A stretch of 64,000 bases of DNA from Balanoglossus misakiensis (taxonomy: Eukaryota; Animalia; Hemichordata): contig CM082579.2 of assembly GCA_040954595.2 (NCBI GenBank), forward strand, positions 10,901,625 to 10,965,624, given 5' to 3'. A program made the position numbers and the translations under genes. Shown piece after piece: positions 13,501 through 25,300 of this stretch; position 1 is the stretch's first letter, and the number at the start of each line of letters is the position of its first letter. The notes beneath the pieces were generated by a model. That model ran no database searches. It was not told the DNA's origin and saw only the letters and a list, made by a program, of their open reading frames with translations.

Positions 13501-15607
13501 AGTCATTTTCAACTGTGCATCGGTAACACTTCCATGTGCTTGAAGTTGATGGAGCAGCCACCTCCTCCTCACCATGGCTTGTTTTTGTCTGCGTGGCTGG
13601 CTGGCCTACATCGGCCGTGAGATCAATCAGTGGACTGGTGTCATCAACTTCCATTGCTTCAGTTGCTGATGCTTTGTCATTTTCCGCCTCCTTCTTAACG
13701 GTTCGCGGGTTTGTACACATTTCACAGCACACAGAATCTGCTGAATTAACAAAGGTGCAGACTGTACACGCCCATTCCGAGACTGAAGTTGCCATTTTAT
13801 TGTCACTTCTTGAAATCTCCCGGGTTTCTTTGTCTTCTTCAGTGGTATCTACACACACTTTCCTAGAAAGTAGAAGTTAAACGGGAGAGAAAAAAAAGAC
13901 GGGGAAGTGGTGAGAAATCACAGACTATTATTTAACATAAGTTATTCCAGGACGACACATAAATGAGTAACTGACAGAGCATACTTCCTTTCTCAACAGG
14001 AAATGTGAAAGACAAACTTCTGAAAGTAGAAATGGAATGAAAGGGTCAACCATTGTGATACTCAGTCAACCTATCACTTTCAGCATATCGGGTGTCATTG
14101 TATGGTTGGTTAAATACATATATTAGGACTATGTTCAATAAACCAGAGTTTCCACAATCCAGTGGTATTATTCAGAAGGTAATTGGTGCCTAAAATAACA
14201 GAAAACTGTCTGGTGATAACGTACCCATTCATCTCAATCAAGCTACCCGCATTTACAAGGTGAAACCGTGAACCCTCTGTCCACATTGGGTTCACCTTGC
14301 AGATACTAGAACATTTACATTTACCTAAAAGTCAGCTAAAGAACTAAATTGTATTAAAATTCAAGAATATATAGGATTACTTCATTACTTATTTGTAATC
14401 TACTTCAAAATGTAAAAATCTGAAATATTTTTGTTCAATTTTGCACAACTGTTAGACCAGCTGAGCTCTGTGCATAGCAGTTTGTAAATGACTAACTGTA
14501 ACATCTGGTCTGATTTAGCAGATACCACAGACACTTCAGTGGGAAAAATCAAATGTTTCCAATAAGGCTCAGACTGTCTGTCAGTTATATTTGGACTTGT
14601 ATCCATAAATCATACAAGCACTTTCTGGTATTTTTGTCTTTTGGACAAATTCTCCCCTGAATACAATATTGTTGGCATATTATAATACATATATCTCTGC
14701 AAATCGAACCTTAAAGCATGGTATATCCATGTTTAAAGAAAAAAGATGAGTGGCTTCTGAGAAATGGCTAAGAAATGGATTGTATGAAAGAAAATAACCA
14801 AAATTGCCCCAAAATACATTTGTATTGACATATAAGTTCAGCACATGCAATTCAACGCACAAACGTAGACTGGAAAACATGTCACTAGAGGGCGCTGTGG
14901 TAGTGAAATCTTGGGATTGTGTGTAAATATAAGAAAGTTAGCATGTTTCATGAACAGTTTCTGAAAAGTGTCCCTATGGTAAATTCAAGAACTGTATGGT
15001 TAATGGAGACTAACTAAGCATATTATATATTGATTACACGGTAGAAAAGAGAATGATCACTTTTTTGTCAAGGGTAGTCGCGGGGCTACAAAACCAAGGC
15101 TACATAGCACAGGCGACTGTGCTAACATAGGTATACAATCACATCCTTCTTCCGTGTATTCTTTGTCCAATCCCGGTCCCACATTTTCCGAGATGACATT
15201 ACGCACCTAAACGATCCACAGTGCACGAACCTGTGCCGCTGTCAGAAAAGTATTGTAACTCTCACCTGCATACTCCGAACAAGACTGAGTGGAAGACACG
15301 ACTTATAAACAAACACAAAATCACGACTTCGTCGGATAAATGACAGCCCATTTACTTACTTGTCCCGATGTGTTACTTCTTCGTTGTCTGCTTGGTCACG
15401 AAGACTCCCACATACGCGAAACGTCTCCCCAATGCCCCCGCTCGTTGGCGGCGGATAAACATTACACGTACAGGTTTTCTCCCCCGCAACCGTGACTGGA
15501 GCATTTGCTGACGACGTACGGTTTATAGCGCCGCAGTACTCTGGATCTTTGTCATTCTTTGGCGTTCTCTTCTCACAGACCATAGGCTGCGACACGCCAC
15601 TTCCCAT
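4526..15607 (-). CDS. CAPN15: Calpain-15 / small optic lobes (SOL) homologue, ~1270 aa: RanBP2-type zinc fingers, CysPc protease core and SOL-homology C-terminus
   Basis: Exons (minus strand): 15607-15360, 13862-12071, 11344-11139, 9635-9452, 8998-8854, 8579-8501, 8307-8182, 7333-7181, 6982-6821, 6450-6239, 5786-5632, 5145-4967, 4697-4526. All introns are GT-AG with consistent phases; total 3813 nt. Catalytic triad motifs [19 protein letters not shown] and RNPWG are present, and the C-terminus FGLHTVRPV* resembles SOL proteins. The first exon is the least certain, because the conserved-looking start MATSVSEW lies inside exon 2. Confidence 0.93.
5355..5566. mobile_element. MITE family A copy
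   Basis: Same TIRs and internal sequence as 2231-2439. Confidence 0.85.
5946..6138. mobile_element. MITE family C copy (TTAA-flanked, Kolobok-like termini)
   Basis: TTAAAGGTATACAGTCACCT...AGGTGACTGTATACCTTTAA; related copies at 30745, 40270 and 57382. Confidence 0.8.
7890..7991. repeat. (CA)n/(CATA)n/(GACA)n compound microsatellite
   Basis: Directly visible. Confidence 0.9.
9805..10473. mobile_element. GC-rich non-autonomous DNA transposon remnant in a CAPN15 intron
   Basis: Abrupt CpG-rich block with degenerate terminal inverted repeats (TAGTGCCTTTCTCACGTGCC / GGCACATGTGCAAGCGACTA) and internal CACGTG/CACATGTG subrepeats. Confidence 0.55.
10900..11125. repeat. Partial copy of repeat family B
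   Basis: GTGGATATATAGTGAATCAACGTTCGACCACACACAACTTCCATCC is nearly identical to ~37380-37425. Confidence 0.7.
11386..11595. mobile_element. MITE family A copy followed by a ~43-bp tandem duplication of its right end
   Basis: Same TIR and internal sequence; CAAAAATAACGTGTTTTCAGTATTTTGCAAAGACACACTTTCA occurs twice across ~11574-11659. Confidence 0.85.
12071..13862 (-). CDS. CAPN15: CAPN15 large exon 2 with seven RanBP2-type zinc fingers and an acidic low-complexity linker
   Basis: ORF 11951-13858 contains seven W-x-C-x2-C...C-x2-C units (WAC, WKC, WQC, WTC, WQC, WAC, WNC). Acceptor ttctag|G at 13862; donor GAG|GTAAAC at 12071. Confidence 0.92.
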
Positions 15608-16370
15608 GGTCTGCCATGGATTATTACATATATAAATCGAACACTAAAGTATACCAACCCCACTCCCATACAAGTCACTTTCCCCCTTCCTTTCGCGAAT
15701 GCAGTTACTTCCTGTGTCGAAGGTGTTATTTATGACATGCTTGTAATGTTGGTTTCGATTGGGTACCTTTCGTACTGCGAGTGCAGGAAATCGGGCGCGT
15801 CTCTACACCTGTTGGACTAATGCAAATCAGAAGAACACTATATACATAACTAAACTTAGGAAAGAAGTAAAAGAAATGCGACAAAATAAGAAAATAAAAC
15901 CAGAACCACCTTTACTACAAACTATTTGAGTGTAAATAACTGAATGAATGTCAAACAATATAAACCAATCAAAAAAGGCGTTACAACAAAAATGTCGCAG
16001 TGTTTAGCACTGAGAAAAGCATTAATATAAAGCACCGCATTCGAAAGATTGACGGGTGTATTTTTCTCAATAACAGAGACGTAAAATAATTGTACTAAAA
16101 AAATAACTATAATAATACTTTCAAATGGTAAAATCGATGTCACATCTTTTCTTTGTTGATTATGCAATCAGTAAAACGAATGCTGTTACCAATCATAAGA
16201 GCAAAGGCTAGTCTCAGTGTCAAATATTATCCCACGCAATCTACAGTCTAAGTTTAGGACTTCGAGAACAGCGAGCGTATTAGTACTTCCGTCAGTGGAA
16301 ACGACTTCGATTTTTACCCATGATCATTTATGTTTCGTGAGGACGACATCGCCAGATAGTTGCAGTCTTC
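15608..16370. promoter_or_regulatory. Putative bidirectional promoter between CAPN15 and GAB
   Basis: The divergent ATGs (15607 minus, 16371 plus) are 763 bp apart. The flanks (~15.1-16.7 kb) are CpG-rich compared with the CpG-poor introns. ETS-like ACTTCC motifs lie near 15707 and 16285. Confidence 0.6.
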
Positions 16371-19300
16371 ATGGCGGAGGAAGTTGTGTGTACGGGATGG
16401 CTGAGAAAGTCGCCTCCCGCAGGCAAAATGCCATTCGGGGTAAGTCTTCATTCCGGAGTGGGGCTGTTTTCTTGTTGTCACTGATGATGGCGTGACATGT
16501 ACCTCGTTCAAAAACTTTGCCCGTCGACGCGACTGTTCTTCGAAGTGGCTGTTGGGAGTGGCGGTAACGCCCGTTCTTGCAAGGAACATTACTGACGCCC
16601 GACTTAAAACTGATTAGCTTATTTGTTGACTGCATTATATTTCGCACAATTTTCACCCTCCAAGTTATGCTTTGCCAAATACAACCTATGAATTTTAACC
16701 GACTGTGCTGTATGCAGTGTCCATCGACACGCATAGTTACTTACACATGATGACGTGCCCTGTCCTTTCCGTGTCTAGTCTACTTCTTGTGATTTAAAAA
16801 AATAATCATTTTCTAGTGTTTTCGATTAGCTCCCGCGTGGATTTCCTCAAAGGGGTAGTGGTCGTGGAGGGGGAATTATTGAATTCCGAGAAACCTGAGT
16901 TATATGATCTCTGATTTACTTTTCCTGGTATTGCATATTGTTTGTCGAGTGAGAGTGAACTAACATCAACTTGTATGACCTTTCCGTGAGTCACAACCTG
17001 GTACAGATTGTTTTGATGGGTGAGAGAGGATCATGGCCAAGTGTTTAAAGCGATATTCAAGCATTATAGTCGATACACGTTTGTATATCCTATTTGTGTA
17101 TGACTGTTTTTGGCCGTCAAGCCCTTGACCCATTTCTCTATTTTTTCTTTCTTCTTTTTTCATATGTGATCCATATTTGGGGTTCATCCCATCCTTGATT
17201 ATGGGGCTTTGACGTACATGACTTGTGCAAAACTGCTGCAACATGCTTTCATGCTGTCAGGGAGTGCCATTTGCTTCATGTACCGCTTGGGGTCAGGTTA
17301 GTTAATAAGTTGCCCTTCAATGTCATGTTGTGTCCTGTCTCCTGCAAATCATACTCACACTATTAACCTATCTGCCTGTCTCTCACAAATATTGGTTACA
17401 GCTTTCGGTAAGGTGACACAAATCAACAAATATCATATTTTGGCATGAAAAGCTAAAGTACAAAGAAATTGATCACCCCTGTCACGCATCAGTCTTGTGG
17501 AAAATTAGATTCCCTCCCATATTCTACTGCTGTTTTTTTCCTGCTCTACACCACTGAGATTTTAGTTCCACGCAACTGTCTTCCTGTTGTTGTTTTTTCA
17601 AGTTCCTTTCACAGTTTCTTTTCTGTTGCCTGCAATCTGTCGTGTTTTATCAGTGGACATTTCAGTTTGAATATCCGGGCTTAATGGAAATTAACAGGTG
17701 CTTTGTATACATGTATGTTTCCCCCAAAAATCATAATCTTTTACCAATACTAATCCCTGACATTGCTTGTCACAGTTTAATGATCTGAAAGTGTACCAGC
17801 ATCCAAAAATTGATTCTGATGAACTATTAGCAATTATTTGGAAGTTTGCTTACTTTTCATCAGACACAAAATAAAATTTGCAATTTTGATATATCCGTAT
17901 TCAATTTCAAAAACGTGCACAAAATACTGTTTTACAATGAGACGTAAACATTTCTTTGAATATGTTATATGCTCACTTACAAATTTGTATTTATGTATTG
18001 TTCAGACTGGTATACACATTGACTTGTATCGATGTGTTCATTTGGGCAGAATTAATTAATGGATCTGACGTCTGTTCAAATGCCAATATACATTGTATAC
18101 TCTGGGGTTATTGCGAGCAATGTTTGTCACAAGTTGAAACCATTCTGATGGTCCATTTTGATTTCTGTGAAATTAGGGAAGCAAACCTTGCTAGAACTTA
18201 ATTTCTGTGCATTTCAAGATGAAGACTTGTTATGCAGTGTGGATAGGACATCCTGTTTTTTCAATGCTGCTCTGGAAATAATCTCGCTTCAGACTTGTTT
18301 GATCAGTTTAAGCCCAGCAGTGGGTTTGTTTTTAATGTTCACTTTCAAATCATCCAATTTTACTATTACTGTTTGTAAATGACACGGTAAATTCACCATT
18401 TAAACATTAATGATTAAATCATGGTGCCACGCCAGCCCATGATCACCATAAGAAACACTGGGAAATACAAATTCACTGTCATGTTCAGAGCTTGTTCTGA
18501 AAATTAAATTACCATTGCCATTATTGTACCAAATTGTTTCACACAACAATTAACTTTGACCGAGCACACACACGTATTTAGTTGTAATCTTATAGAACGG
18601 CAAACATTGGTACATGTATGTGGCTAGGACTGCCAAACCAATCCAGATAACTACAGGTATTGTTGGCATGAATGATACTTATTATGGTATCATAACATTA
18701 CAACTTATATTTTTTATAAATACAAAACAACCCAAGAGCTGTTTGATATTGCCCAGGCTTCCGTCCTGATTTGACTAAAAATGAAATGATCACAACATTG
18801 AGTCAAATTGTGAAAGGTTGGTTTGTATATACAGCAGAATCAAACAACTTAAATAATAAGACAATAATATTATATGTTAACATAGTTTTAAGTTCATGTT
18901 TCATTTTTTTAACCCTTTCACACCCAGTTCCCCATATAGAGGTCCATGGTGGTGAAAGGGTTAAAAATTATTTTCACTTGATATCAGGGATACCGTGCAA
19001 AGTTACATGAGTGGCTGGTATTCTTATAACTTGCAACTCTTTTTTACTTTTTTGTAAAATGATTGTTTGGATAAAAACTTTTAGAGGTCAAACTCCCTCC
19101 CAAGCTATAAAAGGAATTTTTCCACATTCTGAGTCTTTATAATTCAATAATGCTCCACAAATGTATTTTCACAGAAAAGTACACTATTTATCCTTTTTCT
19201 TTCATTGACTTTAAATGTTTACTTTGTACCTACAGAAATTCTGGAAGGATCGCTGGTGTGTGTTGAAGAAACGCGATCACCAATTCTACTTAGAATACTA

Positions 19301-22300
19301 CAAGAATGAATGGGCAACCAAACCCAAAGGAACGATAGACTTAAGTAAATGTTCACAGGTGGCTGAGGGATTGGAATTTGAAAATAAAAGGAACTTGGAA
19401 AGCTCACATGTATTTACAATTGTGACAACAAAGCGAACTTTTTACCTTGTGACAACCTCGGAAGATGATATGCATCGATGGACGAGGAACCTTTGCCGGG
19501 TTTGTGGCTTTAATATGGAAGAGGAGACTTTACAAGGTAAGAAAATTAATATTTTTGTACTGGAGTAACCAAAGTAGTTTATGGACATGTTTTGGGTGAA
19601 ATAAAATCAACATAGTCAGAAATAAAAAAATGATTGAGATCATATTTTTATGAAATTCTATGTTTTTCATTCATCCAGCATGGCATGTCGTGATGATGTA
19701 AAGTTATGTCATAGATCTGTTTTATATCAAAGAGGTTACATGACCACTGTTTGGTCAGATTGATAATTGAAAATGAGTTATGGGGAATGTTCAACTTTGT
19801 GCAAAAACTAACAAGTTTTGCCAAAATTGCTTTATGGAGAATGATGAGTAGAAATGTCTGTTGGAAAGAATCGTGACAAATTGTTCTCCCAAGAGAAATT
19901 AAAGCATGGTAGCCATCGGCGACCACTGTTAGATTTTAACAAGACAACATTTCATTATTATAGCAGTTGCCTCTGTTATTATGCAAATTAGCCACCAAAA
20001 CACTGAGTGATGTTCAAATCATCATGACCATTGAATTGTAGTAGTCATAGGATTTTCCTTGGCAAAGCATTATTGCACTATCAACCCACAAGTATAGCAG
20101 ATTGGAATAATTTGATTAGCAGATCAATTGCCATGAGTGTTGAGGTGAAATACTTATATTTCACATTTCTTTTATTCTCTGAAAAGTTTCTTATCTAAAT
20201 CAATACCCATGATTTATTGTGGCACAAGGATATTTTCTGACCTAGGTTATTTTTTTCTCTATAGAAATTGTTTTAATTTAATAAAAGACGGTGAACCACT
20301 TGGACTTTGGAGTACTTAACTTCCATATGTGAATCAGGATATAAACATGTTTACCTTTAACTGTGCTACCATTGTCCACATATACAGATGTAGACTAATT
20401 TACATGACAAAGAACAGTTGTGCCAGTGCCTCATGAATATCCTGGTAAAGTTGAACTTTGATCATTTTGGTTACCGTGGCGTACCCTGTCACCAACAGTT
20501 ATGGTATTTAAGCAAAGTTTACTGTAAACATTGTGTGTTGTTTAATCACAGTTTTGCTTTCACTGATTATAAACAAACGTACAGAATAATATACTAATCA
20601 GTTGTTAAACTATGATCAGAAGGAAATGTTTGTCAAATTTATTCAAAATAGTGTACTTATACCATAATTCACAAACTCTGGTTCCTTGTTGAGACCATAT
20701 GTACACATGACGTTTGTGATTGCTGTCATACATCTGTTTTGACTTTTGATCTTGTATGCATTTCACAACCATACACATGTAGTGATGTCACATCGTGTAA
20801 AGTATGGCATCCATGCCAAGTTTTTCCCCCCTGATGATTGGAACAGGTGCATATCACCTGTACAAATCTAGACTCCATTTCCTGTTACTCCTATGTGGGG
20901 AGGAGCATGATCATTGATGGGGGGTAAGTGCCATGCTCAAGGTTAACTGCACCATCATGTCAGTGGGTAGGATTTGAAGACCTTCACATTAACACTTTTT
21001 GCTCAAGCAGGTGCCATACCCACAGTAATGGCAAAATAGAAGCAAAAACATGTCTTGTCAGTCTTCCTGGCCAATGTGATTTCACTGCGAAATTCAATAA
21101 ACTTTGTAAATTATTATTTCTTTTACAAACATACTGATTTACAAAAACTAAGCCCACATGACGCGCCACGGACTCAACAAACTCACTGGTGACTAAAGAA
21201 AATTATCCACAACACAGTTTGAGTGTCAAGACGAAAGTGCAAGTAGAATGACTGGCCTAGATAATTGCCCCTCCCCCCTACTCCTTTAATGAATTTTGTA
21301 AAAAAAATAACCAGAAACTCAATTCTAACAATTACATTGTTATGCAAATTTATATAGGCAGTGTTGTACCAGAAATACCTGAGGAGAACTTTGGACTTGT
21401 TTACAAATACATGTAGGTGGAAAACAACGTCACAACTAGACTATGGCAAGGATAGTCATAAATGTGGAGGGGGTGGGCCCAGGGAGAACCAGTTTCAACA
21501 AGCTCATTTATGACTACCGGGTAATAGCATTTTGGTTGTACAACAAATGGTAACAGGTGTTAATCACTGAGTTAATAAATTGCAATGCTTTTCAAATCTT
21601 AGATGATACTCTAATTAAAATGTATTTCTAATAATGATTCTGAATGTGTGTACATTTACATGTACATTACAACTTTACATGCTTGGATTTGTTTCACATA
21701 ACTGCTATACTTGTACATGTAGAGCAGCTGTAAATGTTTCGAGGGAAAGTCAATGTTTATGAACATGAAACGTGGGATGACAACTCCCTTTAATTAAAAG
21801 AACTTTTTTTTTCAAAGGCTGAGGATCCTCTTATGCGCATGTGCGTAATTTTGTGTGTACAAACATTACGTCCAATCCAAGTGTTCTGCAGGTTTTGCAT
21901 TTGATGCATACATACAAACAGTGGACTGTCTTCACTTCCTTCCATGTTTTATACGCACCGTATGAGTACCTAGACTTTAGTTTCGTCCCTTCTTTTCATC
22001 TAAATTTGCTGTCTTTTCCCGATCTCCGACACAGACTATGGTCGCCACTGTCTTGTTTGTTGTTATTATAGGAAAGCACACTGCCTTATGGCATTGACTG
22101 TATACAATTTTTGTAACCAGAGTCTCTGGTTTGGCACATGTGCATAAGACGATCGTCACCCTTTAATAGGTGATTTTAAAATGAATTTCTGTTCGACCGA
22201 TTGTTATCACAGAGAATACCAGTGTGAATAGCATTTTTGAAATATCCAACATAAGATAACCAATGTCCGGTACATCTAAAATTCATTATTTAACCTAAGA

Positions 22301-25300
22301 GTAGGAAATATAAAGTGGTCTTTTCCTTCAATGAAATGAAAATAAATTCCAAGAGAGTGCAGGGTATGTTATTTACTGGATGTGTTTATATCTCATGATA
22401 TCAGTGCCTTTGATGGCACTTTAAATCAAACAATAAATTAAAGTAGTGACCTGTCCATGACATTTCCGCTACAAATACACAATGTCCACGCCCCTTGTCC
22501 ACTACATGTTTGGCGTAGAGCATATTTTACCTTCCTATACTTTATTATCAACATATTTTCCGGTAGTGCCATTATGCTATTAAACTATTAGTAACCAGGT
22601 CTTAGTTTACATACATGTAGCAGATCTATCAGTTAATATTAACCTGATTGTGTAATTATGGAAGTATGTTGTACAGAGAAGCAACATGTCAATCATAGAG
22701 AGATTTAGAAAAAAAAAATGTCAAAAATATGTTTTGTTTTTTTTATGTTGACTTCCCATGAACATATTTTAAATCCCTGAATTTTTACCGATATGTTTTC
22801 TTGTACACAAAGACATGTCCCATCTACCGGTATACAGTGCTGTAACTTGGTCGTTCCACCCGGGAATGTTTTCATTCAAGCATAATTTCCGAGCTGTTTT
22901 GAATTATGAGAGAAATACATTTGTAGTTTTGTCAATACTCATACTCAGAAAAGTTTGTGTAGTTAATTTACCAACTTAAAATTTCACAGTATTTCCTGGT
23001 TTAGTCATTCATAACAGATGTATTGGTATTTCCTGTTCAAAATTCTTTCTTTCTACAGTTAGGTTTTGAAGTTGGAACACCATCATCTTGGAAATTCTGG
23101 ATGGAATTATATCATGAGGTCTTTTAAAAGCATAAACCCTGTTTTAGTGTTTAATATGGCAAAGAAGTGGAGTGGGGAATTGAGAAAAAGCTGAAATTCA
23201 TACTTTGATGTGTGTTCAACATAAACTGTGTCATTTTCGTGTACATGTAGTACCTCATATATTTACATGTATATCCTGAAGAATAAAGCAAATACCATGT
23301 CAGATTGAAACACAGAAATCAAAATATGTAATTTGATTCTGATGGTCGTATTGATACCAAGTCATTACTTTTACCTACGCCACTCCATACAATTTTAAAT
23401 TAAAATGCTGCACTCCAGATAAAGTGGGGGTTTTATCTGAACTTTTCTGATACCTGTGCAGTTCAGAAACCATGTCTTGTTGTCAGTTATACTTGGAACT
23501 GATCTTTGCATTTCAACAGAAAGTTGATGGCTTTCAAAAAGTTTCACTATGGCAAGAAAATCTGAGCTTTTTAGGAAGCCAATGTATGGCAGGATGTGTG
23601 GGTGTGAGAAATCAGTGTGTCTATTCAATATATTCCAACAGTGAAACCAAAATTCTAACTCTTTCGGTTTTGTTCGGTGTGGCCTCCTATTGTTACGAAT
23701 GGTAGGACATTTTTAAAACTACTTTCCTTTATGTACAGTACAAGAAAGAGTGTGTATGTAAATGAGTGTGTATGTCACTGTGTGTTTATGTGTCTGGTTA
23801 TGTACTGCATGTCCAGTAACTCTATTTTTTTGGATTTTTTCCCCCAGTATTTTTCTCCTGTGTAACAACTCCAGATTCTTGTTTTATTCTGGATAACTTG
23901 ATGGCATTGCTGTTTTTGACAAATTAACTCAAGTCCAGACTTAATTTTCCACATAACCATGCTAAATACTACAATTTAAGGGATGTGTTGAAAAACCAAA
24001 TACTTGTACATTGTACTGAGTATTTCTTTATGTTTTATAACCGAGTAGAACAAGAAACCAGAGTTGACATTCAAAGCAAAAATACTGAGAAAAATAGTGC
24101 AAAGATGGAGTTAATACTGGGCTATATATCATGTAATGCGAGTATACCCAAGTTATTCTGACAAGTTGTACCAGTAGGTCCAAGTTTTTCTTGTGTTAAT
24201 GCCAACAATATAAATGTATCTGTAATTAAAACAGGATAATTGTTGCATGAGACTGGTACACATGGCATTGTGAAATTTCACACACTGATACACTTAACAT
24301 GCTGAACATTGTGATGGGAAGAATTATGTGTAAGGGTATTCCATTCCAATACTTTGTATATTTCAGTGCCATGATGTGACCCATGTCTGACCCATGTCTG
24401 ACTTGTAAAGTGACACTCTCTTAATGTACAGTACTGAGACCTTTCTCACCAACAGTGTATGTTAGTGGATTGGAAAGTGTTCCGTAGTGGAGTTCATGGG
24501 AGATGGCTGTAGTTACTTGCAGACAGGCTGAATGCTGGTTCGTCGATATACTGTAAAACACTTTATTTTCCCCGAGTTAAAATTTTGGTGATATTGAGAG
24601 AGGCCACTATTTCGCGTGTATTAATTTTCGCGTTCTCTTATTTCATTCACTGCATCGTTATCTTAAAAAAAAATTAACTCAACTTTTTATTTTCATGCTA
24701 TTTTGGCTCTCGCGTATTTCGCGAAAATTTATTGCTCGCGAAAATAAAGTGTTTTACAGTATTACCAGGAGCATCTTGTTTTATGTGAATTCTGTGTATT
24801 TGCAATGTCTTGCTTTTAATCATCTTCCTAATTGAATGTAAATAGTAATTGGAGAAGAACCAGCATGAGTGTTGTCTTGACATCTTAAATGAATTACAAG
24901 TTGTCAGTCACACAATGCAGGCTAATTACGATTAATTTGAATACTGTAAAACACTTAATTTTCGTGAGCAATAATTTTTCGCGAAATACGCGAGAGCCAA
25001 AATAGCGTGAAAATAAAAATTCGCGTAAATTTTTTTTGAAGATAACGATGCAGGGAATGAAATAAGAGAACGTGAAAATTAATACTCGCAAAACAGTGGC
25101 CTCTCTCGAAATGAAGTGTTTTACAGTACTTGTCAACTCAGAATTTACTAGAAGTATACATAATGAAAATACTGGAAAATTATCAAATATTGCGTGAGGT
25201 GTTCTTGTATCTAGTATTCCTGGAATATGATCATGGGAATAAAAACATGACAATATGTTATGTCTACTGTAATTATTAAAATTGTCATTTCTATCCATGT

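Noticed and set aside
12101-13880. Several antisense or alternative-frame ORFs overlapping CAPN15 exon 2
   Set aside because: Shadow ORFs caused by the codon structure of the real exon.
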